Positions 1 to 9,385 of a stretch of 64,000 bases of DNA are shown here, piece by piece. Numbering within the stretch: the first letter of the stretch is position 1; every line of letters begins with the position of its first letter. A program made the position numbers and the translations under genes. The notes under the pieces were generated by a model that made no database searches, was not told where the DNA came from, and saw nothing but the letters and a program-made list of their open reading frames with translations. This DNA is from Verrucomicrobiota bacterium (lineage in GTDB: Bacteria; Verrucomicrobiota; Verrucomicrobiia; Limisphaerales; Palsa-1400). The DNA lies in assembly GCA_049510745.1 (NCBI GenBank), contig JBEKYR010000001.1, positions 64,001 through 128,000 on the forward strand, written 5' to 3'.

Positions 1-2416
1 CGGATTCGTCGCCGTTGCCATCAACCAGGCGCCGGGTCCCCGTGCTGAGCTTGCTGTAAAGGAACCGGGCCAGGGGGTCCTGGTTTGGGCTGTTGCGCAG
101 TTTGGCGGCGAGGCTTGACGGCTTGGCGATTTGGCCGGGAGTGAACCAGGAAGTGCTGGTGCGGCGCCGTTTCTCGACCTTCGCGCCAAGCCCTTCAAAA
201 ATGTCGTCCAGAAACCTGAACGCGCGCATCGGCCCGTGGAAAATGCTGGGGAGCGAGCCGGAGAAGAAGTTCTGAAAGAACGGCGGATCGTTTTGGGCGC
301 TGCGATTGTACTGGGCGCGGATGTAATCCAGATAGGTGTTATCGGCCAGGGCGTTTTGGGTGATGATATAGACATCGCGCCGGTCGTAATTCTGGTCCTG
401 TTCGGGCTGGCAATCGTGGGGAATGAAGCTTTCGCAGAAAATGGTGTAGGTGGGGCAGAAGCGTCCCGGATCGGTGCCGCCGTAGAGCACGGCGTCGCGC
501 GCCATTTCGGGATAGACCATCGTGCCCTGCGGCCCTTTGGCGGCGGCCTCGCGCAACCTGGCATCGTAGGTCAGGTTGCCGTCCGGCCCGACAAACGGCG
601 GGGTAAACATATCGTGGCCGAACCAGTAGCCGAACCAGTGATTGCGCTGTTCGCTGTGGAACCAATGGGACATGCCCGAATAGACCGGCAGCAGGGCAAA
701 GAGTCCCAGCGCGATGGCCAGCGGCGCCCGGTTCCGATAGAGACCCACCGCCGCCAGAAAAACCAGCGTCAACACCACCAGCAAAAGGCTGGCAATGACG
801 GGCGACCCGTATTGGTCCGGGGCGAACGACTGCGCGATCCAGTGCGGCAATTCTCCCAAGCCAATCTCCCCGTCCAACCCGCGGTAATGTCTGCCCGTCA
901 CATCCAGCAGCGAGTAGAGCGCCAGCGCCACCCCCGCCCCGGCCCCGGCCAGTCCCCAGCGGCGGAATTTTTGGTAATTGGTGGCCATGAACGCCGCCGT
1001 CATCGCCAGGCCGTAACCGATCAGGATGGCGACCACCGCGTGCGAGGCTGTAAAGAAGACTTTGACCAGATCGGCCGTCTGGCGCTCGCGGGTGGGATTG
1101 AGGGTGATGGCCAGGAGCACGCCCAGGAAGGGATAAATGGCGCCCACCATGATGATCCACGAACGCTCCCGTTTTTGCATCTTGAGGATGAACAGGAACG
1201 GCAACAGGGCGAAAAACATCGCCACCCAGCTAAAGGCGTCGGCCAAACCCGTGACCAACATCTGCAACTCGATGAGGAAATGGCGCCAATCGTGGAACAC
1301 GTCGGTGGGGTTGACCTTGTCGTACTGCCCCCGGGTCACGGCGTGCCAAAAGCCTTCGACGGTGCGGGGATAGCCCCACTCCATCGGTGGATTGGTCATG
1401 CCGGAAAGGGCTTCGTAAAAGTAAAAGCTCGCGCCGCAGAACGAGAGCAATATTATGAGAAGGATCGCCTTCCACTCCGTGCCAATGCCGCTGGTTTTGA
1501 TCGTCAGATAGACGCAGGCCGCAATGGAACCCATGCCGACGAAATTGTAAATGGTGAACACCATCGGCGTGGTGGAATCGAAGAACGCCACCAGATGCGC
1601 GGCCTTGGCGACCAATCCCAGGATATAAGCAACGCTGTTCCAAAGGAAGAGATCGCGGCCCAACTTGGCGTCCCGGGCCGCGACACCAATCTCGACTCCC
1701 ATGATGGCCATGGTCAGGGTTTGGTGGATGGTGGAGCAGATGCCGAGGAAGAAAAACGCCAGGTAGAGGTAACGGCGCTGGTGGGGCGCGTAGTTCCAGC
1801 GCATCAGGCACAGCAGCACCAGCATCATCCACGGCACGCCGAAGAGCGAAATGCGGTTGATGACGACCGATTCCTTCCACATCGAACTGCCCAGCGCCAT
1901 GAGCAAGCCCGCCGTCACGCCGCAGACCATGCAGATGGCCCGCTCCCAATTGCCCTTCATGTTTTTCAGTTCCTCGATCCCTTCCATGAGCATGCTGCTG
2001 CCGCGCGAGACCATGAAGGCGAGCACGCCGGCGGCCATGGCGGCGGTGCTGGCTTCGGCCAGGGCCACCCGCCAGGCGATGTTTTTAAACGGCACCAGCA
2101 CCGTCCAAAGCCAGGTATAGATCGCCCAGAACGGGTATCCCGGCGGATGCGGAATGCCCGCATAATAGGAAGCGGTGCAAAGTTCGCCCGAGTCCTCCAG
2201 CGTCACCTCCGGCGCCAGGCAGATAAAATAAATGACCCAGACAATGGCCAGCGTGATGACCAGCGTCAGCCAGTCGATGCCCCGGAAAAGCGGGGGCACG
2301 GGCTGTTTGGCGGGCAGGGGCGGCGCTGGCGGTTTGGGGCCGTAAGGCGCGGCCGGGGCTTTAGCCGACGGACCTTGCGGCGGTCGAGTTTTGGAATTCA
2401 TCGTTTCTTTTGCCAT
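1..2416 (-). CDS. DUF2723-domain polytopic membrane protein (TMEM260-like GT-C glycosyltransferase family), 3' end outside window
   Basis: Manual minus-strand translation from ATG 2416: MAKETMNSK...LAPEVTLEDSGELCTASYYAGIPHPPGYPFW, the DUF2723 signature, then many hydrophobic segments. Missing from the ORF track because it runs off the edge. Confidence 0.85.
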   Translation of the reverse strand, partial: MAKETMNSKTRPPQGPSAKAPAAPYGPKPPAPPLPAKQPVPPLFRGIDWLTLVITLAIVWVIYFICLAPEVTLEDSGELCTASYYAGIPHPPGYPFWAIYTWLWTVLVPFKNIAWRVALAEASTAAMAAGVLAFMVSRGSSMLMEGIEELKNMKGNWERAICMVCGVTAGLLMALGSSMWKESVVINRISLFGVPWMMLVLLCLMRWNYAPHQRRYLYLAFFFLGICSTIHQTLTMAIMGVEIGVAARDAKLGRDLFLWNSVAYILGLVAKAAHLVAFFDSTTPMVFTIYNFVGMGSIAACVYLTIKTSGIGTEWKAILLIILLSFCGASFYFYEALSGMTNPPMEWGYPRTVEGFWHAVTRGQYDKVNPTDVFHDWRHFLIELQMLVTGLADAFSWVAMFFALLPFLFILKMQKRERSWIIMVGAIYPFLGVLLAITLNPTRERQTADLVKVFFTASHAVVAILIGYGLAMTAAFMATNYQKFRRWGLAGAGAGVALALYSLLDVTGRHYRGLDGEIGLGELPHWIAQSFAPDQYGSPVIASLLLVVLTLVFLAAVGLYRNRAPLAIALGLFALLPVYSGMSHWFHSEQRNHWFGYWFGHDMFTPPFVGPDGNLTYDARLREAAAKGPQGTMVYPEMARDAVLYGGTDPGRFCPTYTIFCESFIPHDCQPEQDQNYDRRDVYIITQNALADNTYLDYIRAQYNRSAQNDPPFFQNFFSGSLPSIFHGPMRAFRFLDDIFEGLGAKVEKRRRTSTSWFTPGQIAKPSSLAAKLRNSPNQDPLARFLYSKLSTGTRRLVDGNGDES

Positions 2417-2708
2417 TCATCGGCCTCTGTCCACAGAACAGACACCGGAAGCGGCCAATTTGTATAAATTCGTTCGCCCCAATGGGCAATGACTAATTTC
2501 GAGCAGAACTTGCGGGGGAGCATCTCCATCTTTGGATACGGGCTGGTTGTCGGCGGGGGGCCGCGCTCGACCGACGGGGGAAAATGACGAATCGATTTCG
2601 GGGGCCAACCGCAAGGTTGCGTCGCGGAAACGATTTCACTAAAGCGGTGGTGGTGAACAACGTCAACCTGGCCATGGAGCTGGAAAACCTGAGTTACTTC
2701 GTGCAACG

Positions 2709-2740
2709 TTGACATGACAAAGGAACAAAGGCACTTTGTT
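2709..2740 (+). promoter_or_regulatory. sigma70-type promoter with overlapping operator for the vapBC pair
   Basis: TTGACA (2709-2714), 17 nt, CACTTT (2732-2737), ATG at 2744. ACAAAGG direct repeats and palindrome AACAAAG-GCA-CTTTGTT (2724-2740). Confidence 0.55.
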
Positions 2741-2743
2741 GGA

Positions 2744-2974
2744 ATGAAGACGGTGAATTTGACGATTGACGACCAAACGTGGCGCGCCGCCCGCGCTCTG
2801 GCGGCAGAACGGGAGACCAGCGTCAGTTCGCTGGTGCGGGAAGCGTTGGGCTATTTGACCAAGACTGATAAGCGCAGGGAACAAGCCCGGCAGGAGATCC
2901 TGCGGATGGTGGGTTCGTTCGGCGGGAAGGTGGGCCGGATGCCGTCGCGGGAGGAGAGAAATGGCCGCCGCTGA
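2744..2974 (+). CDS. vapB: Ribbon-helix-helix (CopG/DUF6364-like) antitoxin
   Basis: MKTVNLTIDDQTWRAARALAAERETSVSSLVREAL RHH pattern; overlaps the downstream PIN gene. Confidence 0.75.
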   Translation: MKTVNLTIDDQTWRAARALAAERETSVSSLVREALGYLTKTDKRREQARQEILRMVGSFGGKVGRMPSREERNGRR

Positions 2975-3386
2975 CGCGCTCTTGGACAGCAATGTGCTGT
3001 TGTATGCGCTGTCCAGCGCGCCTGGTGAGCGGGTCAAACAGGAGCGGGCGGCCCAATTGCTCGCCACGGAGCAATTTGGCACGTCCTACCAGGTGCTGAT
3101 GGAGACGTGGGTGGTCGCCACGCGCAAAATGGAGCGTCGGGTCAAGCCTGAGAAGGTGGCGGCGTTTCTGGAGCAGATTCTTGCCTTTCCTTGCGTGCAA
3201 GGGACGGCGGGACTTTACCGGCAAGCTGTGAGGCTGGCCGAACGCTATGGAGTGCATCCCTACGATGCCGCCATCCTGGCCGCCGCACAAGAGCTTGGCG
3301 CCAAGCGCCTCTATTCCGAAGACATGGCGCACGGCCAGAATTACGACGGGGTGACGGTTATCAATCCGTTTCGCGGTTTGGATTAG
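2961..3386 (+). CDS. vapC: PIN-domain toxin (VapC family)
   Basis: LLDSNVLLY, QVLME, YDAAILAAA, LYSEDM, VINPF PIN motifs. Confidence 0.9.
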   Translation: MAAADALLDSNVLLYALSSAPGERVKQERAAQLLATEQFGTSYQVLMETWVVATRKMERRVKPEKVAAFLEQILAFPCVQGTAGLYRQAVRLAERYGVHPYDAAILAAAQELGAKRLYSEDMAHGQNYDGVTVINPFRGLD

Positions 3387-3417
3387 AACGATGAAGAAAA
3401 TGTGACATGCAGTGCGT

Positions 3418-4278
3418 TCAGCGGCCGTTCGGCTGCTCCGGCGGGGTTTCGTTGACGCTGCCGCGCCGGTAACCCTGCAAATCGAGCGTGACGTGGGCGT
3501 AGCCGATTTTTTTCAGCGCCTCCGCCACGCGCGCGGACACTCCGTCAACGAGAAATTTCGGAATTTCCTCCGCGCCGACTTCGATGCGGGCCAGGTGAGT
3601 GGTCCGTTCCTGGGCGCGCAATTCGTGGTGGCGGGCGCGCACGTCGTGAAAGCCAAGGTCGCGCAGGAGGTCCTCCGCCTGCTCGATCATGCGCAGTTTG
3701 TCGGGCGTGACCGGCTCGCCGTAGGGGACGCGCGAGCTGAGGCAGGCCATTTGGGGCTTGTCGGCGGTGGGAAGTCCCAATTGGGCGGACAAGGCGCGGA
3801 TTTCGGATTTGCCCAGGCCGGCTTCCTTGAGCGGGGCGCGGGCCTGGAATTCGCCGGCGGCTTGGGCGCCCGGGCGGTGGTCCCCGGCGTCGCTGGCGTT
3901 TTCGCCGTAAGCGATGACGGCGAAATTCTCGGCGCGGGCCAGCGGGGTCAACTGGGTGAACAACTCGTGTTTGCAGAAGTAACAGCGGTTGTTGGGATTG
4001 GAGAGGTAGGCCGGGTTGTCAAATTCCTGCGTGCGCACGATGCGCAGCGGGATGGAGAATTGGGCGGCCACGGCGACGGCTTGCTCCAATTCGCGGCGCG
4101 GCAGGCTGGGGGAATCGGCCAGGACGGCCAGGCATTTGTCGCCCAGAACCTGATGCGCCACCGCCGCCAGGAAGACCGAGTCCACCCCGCCTGAATAGGC
4201 CACCAGGCATGAACCGTAGGAGCGCAGGATGGCGCGGAGCTGTTCAAGTTTGTTCAAAGACACGCCCAAATCTGCCAC
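3418..4278 (-). CDS. larE: LarE-family PP-loop sulfur transferase (nickel-pincer cofactor biosynthesis)
   Basis: AYSGGVDS PP-loop, NRCYFCK, DHRPG, ACLSSR, VTLDLQGYRRGS. Confidence 0.9.
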   Translation of the reverse strand: MADLGVSLNKLEQLRAILRSYGSCLVAYSGGVDSVFLAAVAHQVLGDKCLAVLADSPSLPRRELEQAVAVAAQFSIPLRIVRTQEFDNPAYLSNPNNRCYFCKHELFTQLTPLARAENFAVIAYGENASDAGDHRPGAQAAGEFQARAPLKEAGLGKSEIRALSAQLGLPTADKPQMACLSSRVPYGEPVTPDKLRMIEQAEDLLRDLGFHDVRARHHELRAQERTTHLARIEVGAEEIPKFLVDGVSARVAEALKKIGYAHVTLDLQGYRRGSVNETPPEQPNGR

Positions 4279-4377
4279 GGCTCACCGGGAATGTCGAGAC
4301 GGATGGAAAGGGCTCAAATCCTAACGCGGCCTTACCGCCGAGCGATGACCTATACAAATTGGATAGGAGAGCGAAGA

Positions 4378-4430
4378 AGCGGTCGGCGAGGGCGCCGACC
4401 GCTGCACGCGATGGCGCGTGCGCTCCCAGG
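4378..4430 (+). repeat. REP-like double hairpin element, copy 1
   Basis: AGCGGTCGGCG-AGGG-CGCCGACCGCT then GCACGCG-ATGG-CGCGTGC then GCTCCCAGG. Confidence 0.7.
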
Positions 4431-4535
4431 GATGTACTGCAACGGTTCTTAGGATTTGGGAAGGGACCTTTCCGCCCTTGAAATCGGCGGCCAGGCGCCG
4501 GCTTTCACCGCTCTTCCTCGCGCTCGGACTTGAGA

Positions 4536-5537
4536 TCATTCAGGTTTTTCATTGAACCAATTCAAGCTCCATGAGTCCTGCCACTCGACGGTCAGGCTGT
4601 CGCCTTTGATTTGAAGGGGGAGCCAGAGGTAGGCGCTCTTGGGCAGTTCGCGAGGTTTCCAGCGGTCCGCTATGAAGATGAACGCGCCCGGCTTGCCCGG
4701 CACCGGCAAGACAAAGGTGGATTGACCGCCAAACGTTGTCGCGGCGTTCGGACCACGGCAGGGATTGGGATGGCCGGTCCAGGGGCCAAGGATGTGGTCG
4801 GCGGTGTAATAGTTGGCCGCATTGGGCGCCCAGCCAGTGCAGGCGCTCGTGATGAGATAATACCTGGCGCGATATTTGAAGAGCGCCGGCGCCTCACGAT
4901 GATCGGGGGCGATGATGACGTCGTTGGTGGTGGCGGAGAGAAAATCATCGCTCAACTGGCAGATGCGCAGGTCGTAATTGTCGCGCGCAGCGTAGATGTC
5001 ATAGGCCTTCCCATCGTCGTCCAGATAGAGATTCATGTCGCGGGACTGGTTGCCATTGGGGCGGAGAGCGTTCAGGAAGGTGAACGGTCCGGCCGGGCGG
5101 TCGGCCACGGCGATGCCGGCGCTGGCGAAACGGTAGCCCCGTTGTTCCAGGTGCATCCACATGACGAACTTTTTTGTGCGCGGATTGAAGATCACCTTGG
5201 GTCGTTCGATGAAAGTGGACTGGCCGTCCACGCGTGGCAGGGATTCCGGGGGCAGGGCGGCCCCTTCGCGCGTCCATTCATAAAGATTGGACGAGGCATA
5301 GCAGGAGACGCCGCCGCGCGTTCCGGGCGTCCGGTCTTCGCCATACCAGTAAAACATATTGCTGTGGACCAGCACGCCGCCGGCGTGGGCCTGAATCGGA
5401 TTGCCGGCGGTGTCGGTCCAGATTTCGCCGGGATGAAACTCCGGCCCGGCCAGGGCGTGGCTGGCGGCCAGCAGCAACCCGGCGATGAGCAACGCGGCCG
5501 GCCGCGAGAGCAGCCGAATTTTAGGATGTAAAATCAT
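4536..5537 (-). CDS. Secreted GH43 glycoside hydrolase (GH43_24 / exo-beta-1,3-galactanase-like)
   Basis: Signal peptide; IQAHAGG, IERPKV, SRDM, HREAPA, QSTFV motifs. Start moved to ATG 5537. Confidence 0.85.
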   Translation of the reverse strand: MILHPKIRLLSRPAALLIAGLLLAASHALAGPEFHPGEIWTDTAGNPIQAHAGGVLVHSNMFYWYGEDRTPGTRGGVSCYASSNLYEWTREGAALPPESLPRVDGQSTFIERPKVIFNPRTKKFVMWMHLEQRGYRFASAGIAVADRPAGPFTFLNALRPNGNQSRDMNLYLDDDGKAYDIYAARDNYDLRICQLSDDFLSATTNDVIIAPDHREAPALFKYRARYYLITSACTGWAPNAANYYTADHILGPWTGHPNPCRGPNAATTFGGQSTFVLPVPGKPGAFIFIADRWKPRELPKSAYLWLPLQIKGDSLTVEWQDSWSLNWFNEKPE

Positions 5538-5667
5538 TTTTCGTTTCAGAGAATTTGAGGGACTCCCGTTCCGCAGGCAATCCCCCAAAGGGGTGGTGGC
5601 CCAGTTTAAATCCCGGACTTGGTTGGGCGTGAGGTTTTTTACCCCCCCCCTCCCCCTGTTGCTGGGG

Positions 5668-6180
5668 TCTGATTTGGTTTGATTTAGTCTGATTTAGTTT
5701 GATTTTTGGGGGGCCAATCCGCCGTCGCTCCGCGAAGCGGAGCTATGGCGGACAGGGGGGCCAAAACGACCAGTGGGACGAATGGGACGTATGGGACGAA
5801 TCCGCCGTCGCCGAAGGGATTGGGCGTCCAGCGCAGAGCGCCCGGAGCCGAAGCCGGCCCTGACCGATGTGACGATTTAGCGTCATCGAAGGAAGTATTA
5901 CCACTGTTATTTGGAATATGCAAGGTTTTTTTCAGGAGAAGGGGATTTAACCGCTGGCGCGGGGGGCTTGGCGCGGCAAAGCCGCAATCAAGAGGCATAC
6001 AACCACGGATGGACACGGATTAACACGGATGGGAAGCGACGGGGTTTTTATCCGTGAAAATCCGCGAAATCCGTGGTGAGACACGTTCCCGAAAATGAAT
6101 GATGCTCGCGCAAAGGCGCAGAGGGCGCGGAGAGGACTGGAAAAATCTTTGAGACAGGATGACAGGATACGGAATGGATT
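5668..6180. repeat. Mosaic of short tandem and inverted repeats
   Basis: (TYTGATTTNN)x4 at 5668-5707; hairpin 5718-5752; (TGGGACGWA)x3 at 5774-5800; (NNNCACGGAT)x3 at 6001-6030 with inverted copies at 6050-6077; GACAGGATx2 near 6153. Confidence 0.75.
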
Positions 6181-6360
6181 GAGCCGGGCGAGGATTGAAG
6201 AAGCGATGGTCTGAGCCGGCGCCACGTTGGCTGAAATCCACGAGAAAACTTAAGAATCGGGCGATCCCAGGGGAGACCCCGGCGACAAAATCGAAGCAAA
6301 CTAGGGGTGAGATCATTCCCATCCAGCCTCTGAAAATGCGTCCAATCCTGAAATGAACGG

Positions 6361-7299
6361 TCATTTTTCCAGTTGTTGCAGTTTTTTAGCCGTAAGTTCA
6401 TACCACTGCTTTCCATCCGAATTCGTTTGGAGCTGGACAAAAGAGGGTATCGCAGATGCGTTCGTCGGTATCGGCATAAAAGAAATTTGGAAAAGAGCTA
6501 AAGTCCTCGGCGATTTCTTGGACACAATCATTATCCACACAGGAAGCCATTCAGGATCGTCAAACTTAGTGGCAATTCTAAGGCCAGGGCTCGTTTCCCC
6601 AGAGAATTCATATATTGTCGGAGTTTTAAAAACCACATATTTCAATTTGATTTTTTCATTCCCTGACACTGTTTTGAAAAGTTCGTCATCTCTGTATGCG
6701 GAAACCCAGCCGACCTCAGGTGACCATTCCCGGTTGCTTGGAATACCGACCCACAATTCCACATCCTCGGTGAAAATATCGGAACGGTTCATTACCACAA
6801 ATTCAAACTCTACATTTGGTTGGTTTGATTGGATTGGGACAGCAAGATATGAATTCGCAGGAATATAAATGTCCGAGTTGAAAACGAGCGTATTTGTCAC
6901 AAGCACTTGGGTATTACGGTCATCCCCTATTTGCAGGTATAGCTTTAAATCGGCAAGCGGCGGAATCCGCGCGGGATTATTTGGTCCAAACGAAAGCCAA
7001 TAGTATATGACCAACACAATCGCACACAATATTCCGAACTGCCATAAAGCACGCCTACGATTAAGGGTTTTCTTAAATCGCGCATTGACAAGCAGATATA
7101 ACCCAGCACAAAAGACAAGATAATGAAACAAACATCCTGTTCTAATCCATCCCCGGTTAGTTAAGTCGTCTCCCAAAACATAGAAAATAAGGCCGGCAAG
7201 AGCATCAGTGATATGTTTGAAACCAGGTATGAGATCAGGTTTTTTGACATACTTTCTGCGCTTATCATCGGCTTTCTTTGCGGATTGGTTGTCGCTCAC
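6361..7299 (-). CDS. Hypothetical membrane protein (AT-rich, 2-3 N-terminal hydrophobic segments)
   Basis: 312-aa ORF in a visibly AT-richer segment; no family recognised. Confidence 0.65.
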   Translation of the reverse strand: MSDNQSAKKADDKRRKYVKKPDLIPGFKHITDALAGLIFYVLGDDLTNRGWIRTGCLFHYLVFCAGLYLLVNARFKKTLNRRRALWQFGILCAIVLVIYYWLSFGPNNPARIPPLADLKLYLQIGDDRNTQVLVTNTLVFNSDIYIPANSYLAVPIQSNQPNVEFEFVVMNRSDIFTEDVELWVGIPSNREWSPEVGWVSAYRDDELFKTVSGNEKIKLKYVVFKTPTIYEFSGETSPGLRIATKFDDPEWLPVWIMIVSKKSPRTLALFQISFMPIPTNASAIPSFVQLQTNSDGKQWYELTAKKLQQLEK

Positions 7300-7502
7300 A
7301 AATGATCAGATTTGATTCTTACAGAATGTGTGCCATTTTTCATCGAGGCTCGCCGCATCCATGTGTTGAAGGTGTTTATGACGCTGTTCTTATCGCCATC
7401 AGCCTCCGAAAGCAAGGGTTTCCGTATCCAGTCGGATTTGCTCCCGAATCATTAGCGCTTGTGGACTCACCCACCAGGTGGGGCAGTTTCGGATGAGAGA
7501 TT

Positions 7503-7551
7503 CCGTCGGCGGGACGCCGACGGGGGCGGTCGAGACGACCGCGCTCCCAGG
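7503..7551 (+). repeat. REP-like double hairpin element, copy 2
   Basis: CCGTCGGCG-GGA-CGCCGACGG, GCGGTCG-AGA-CGACCGC, GCTCCCAGG; same layout as 4378-4430. Confidence 0.7.
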
Positions 7552-7633
7552 AAATCGCTAAGGATTGGGGTGGCTCCATTTTGGCGTCTGGGCGCTTGCC
7601 CTTTGGCCGATTCGTGTTACCTTGGCCGTTCTC

Positions 7634-9235
7634 GTGGAGATTGCCAAAGAAATCCTCAAGCGGCGCACGTTTGCCATTATCTCGCATCCGGACGCCGGCA
7701 AGACGACGCTGACCGAAAAGCTCCTGCTTTACGGGGGCGCCGTCCAATTGGCCGGGTCGGTCACCGCGCGCAAACACCAGCGGGCCACCACATCCGATTG
7801 GATGGAGCTGGAGCGCAAGCGGGGCATTTCCATCAGCTCGACGGTCCTGCAATTCGGTTACGACGGCTATCACATCAATCTGCTGGACACGCCCGGCCAC
7901 AAGGATTTCTCCGAAGACACTTATCGAGTGCTGACGGCGGTGGACTCCGTCGTGATGGTGATCGATGCGGGCAAGGGGATCGAGAGCCAGACGCTCAAAC
8001 TCTTCGAGGTCTGCCGGCAGCGCGGCGTGCCGATCTTCACGTTCATCAACAAATGCGACCGGCCCATGCGCGGGCCGCTGTCGTTGCTGGACGAATTGGA
8101 GAGCGTGCTGGGGATCGGCGCCTATCCGGTCAACTGGCCCATTGGCACGGGCTTTGAGTTCCAGGGGGTTTTTGACCGGCGCAGCCGCGAGGTCCATTTG
8201 TTCGAGCGGACGGTCGGGGGCCAATACCGCGCGCCGGTGCAGACCGGGCGCTTCGACGATCCGCTGATCCGCGGGCGGCTGTCCGAGGAAACTTTCGCCA
8301 AAGTCTCCGAAGAACTGGCCATGCTCGATTCGGCGGGCGAGCCGTTCGACGAAGCCGCGGTGCTGGCGGGGAAGACGACGCCGGTGTTTTTCGGCAGCGG
8401 CATCAACAATTTTGGCGTGCAACTGCTGCTGGACGGTTTTCTGCGGCATTCGCCGCCGCCCACGGCGCGGGTCATGGCCGGGACGCGGATAGCCCCAGCA
8501 CACCCGGAATTTTCCGGCTTCATTTTCAAGATCCAGGCGAACATGGACCCGCGGCATCGGGACCGCATCGCGTTCGTGCGGGTCTGCTCCGGCAAGTTCA
8601 AGCGGGACATGACGGTGCTGCATCCGCGGGTGGACAAGAAGGTGCGGCTGTCCAGTTCGCACAAGCTTTTCGGCCACGAGCGGGAAGTGGTCAACGAGGC
8701 CTTTCCGGGCGACATCATCGGCCTGGTGGGCCATGCGGACTTTGGCATCGGGGACACGCTGACGACGGACCGGAATATATGTTACAAGGAAATCCCGCGG
8801 TTCACGCCGGAGGCGTTTGCCTATCTGCACAATCCGAACCCGGCGAAGTTCAAGCAATTCCGCACCGGGCTGGAGCAATTGTTGCAGGAAGGGGTCATCC
8901 AGGTGATGCAACTGCGCGGGGCGGCGGCGGCGGCGCCGTTGCTGGCGGCGGTGGGGCCGCTGCAATTTGAAGTGGTGCAGTACCGGCTGGAGAGCGAATA
9001 CGGCGCGGCCTCGCGTTTGGAGGCGGCGCCGTGGACGGTGCTGAGGTGGCTGCCGCTGGAGTTCGGGGAAAGGGAGTTGGAGGCGCTCTCGCTGCCGACG
9101 GGATCGCGCCTGGCCTACGACATGGGCCGCAACCCGGTGGTGCTCTTTGTCAACGACTGGTCGGCGGGCTACTTCGAGCAAACCAACCCGAAAGCCAGGC
9201 TGTCGAGCCTGCCGGTCGGGACGCTGGCGAATTGA
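7634..9235 (+). CDS. prfC: Peptide chain release factor 3
   Basis: RRTFAIISHPDAGKTT, SDWMELE, DTPGH, FINKCD, KIQANMDPRHRDR. Probable GTG start at 7634. Confidence 0.97.
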   Translation: MEIAKEILKRRTFAIISHPDAGKTTLTEKLLLYGGAVQLAGSVTARKHQRATTSDWMELERKRGISISSTVLQFGYDGYHINLLDTPGHKDFSEDTYRVLTAVDSVVMVIDAGKGIESQTLKLFEVCRQRGVPIFTFINKCDRPMRGPLSLLDELESVLGIGAYPVNWPIGTGFEFQGVFDRRSREVHLFERTVGGQYRAPVQTGRFDDPLIRGRLSEETFAKVSEELAMLDSAGEPFDEAAVLAGKTTPVFFGSGINNFGVQLLLDGFLRHSPPPTARVMAGTRIAPAHPEFSGFIFKIQANMDPRHRDRIAFVRVCSGKFKRDMTVLHPRVDKKVRLSSSHKLFGHEREVVNEAFPGDIIGLVGHADFGIGDTLTTDRNICYKEIPRFTPEAFAYLHNPNPAKFKQFRTGLEQLLQEGVIQVMQLRGAAAAAPLLAAVGPLQFEVVQYRLESEYGAASRLEAAPWTVLRWLPLEFGERELEALSLPTGSRLAYDMGRNPVVLFVNDWSAGYFEQTNPKARLSSLPVGTLAN

Positions 9236-9385
9236 GGGTGCGGCGGGAAGGGCAGGAAAAGACCGGGATTATGATTAGGATTAGAATTATGAAGGGATCG
9301 CACAGTGACATGCGCTTGCGGGAAGGCGGGGACGGAATTCAGTATCGACAAATCCTGTTAAAGGGGGGTAATCTGCCCGAAAGCT

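Noticed and set aside
131..2467. 778-aa plus-strand ORF
   Set aside because: Antisense shadow of the DUF2723 gene; no motifs, typical of high-GC codon bias.
5635..5656. T6/C9 homopolymers as a phase-variation switch for the GH43 gene
   Set aside because: Intergenic, next to the repeat mosaic, and not within an identifiable promoter spacer.
7634..9235. Programmed frameshift in a release factor gene
   Set aside because: This is RF3 (prfC) with an uninterrupted frame; the known frameshift belongs to prfB.
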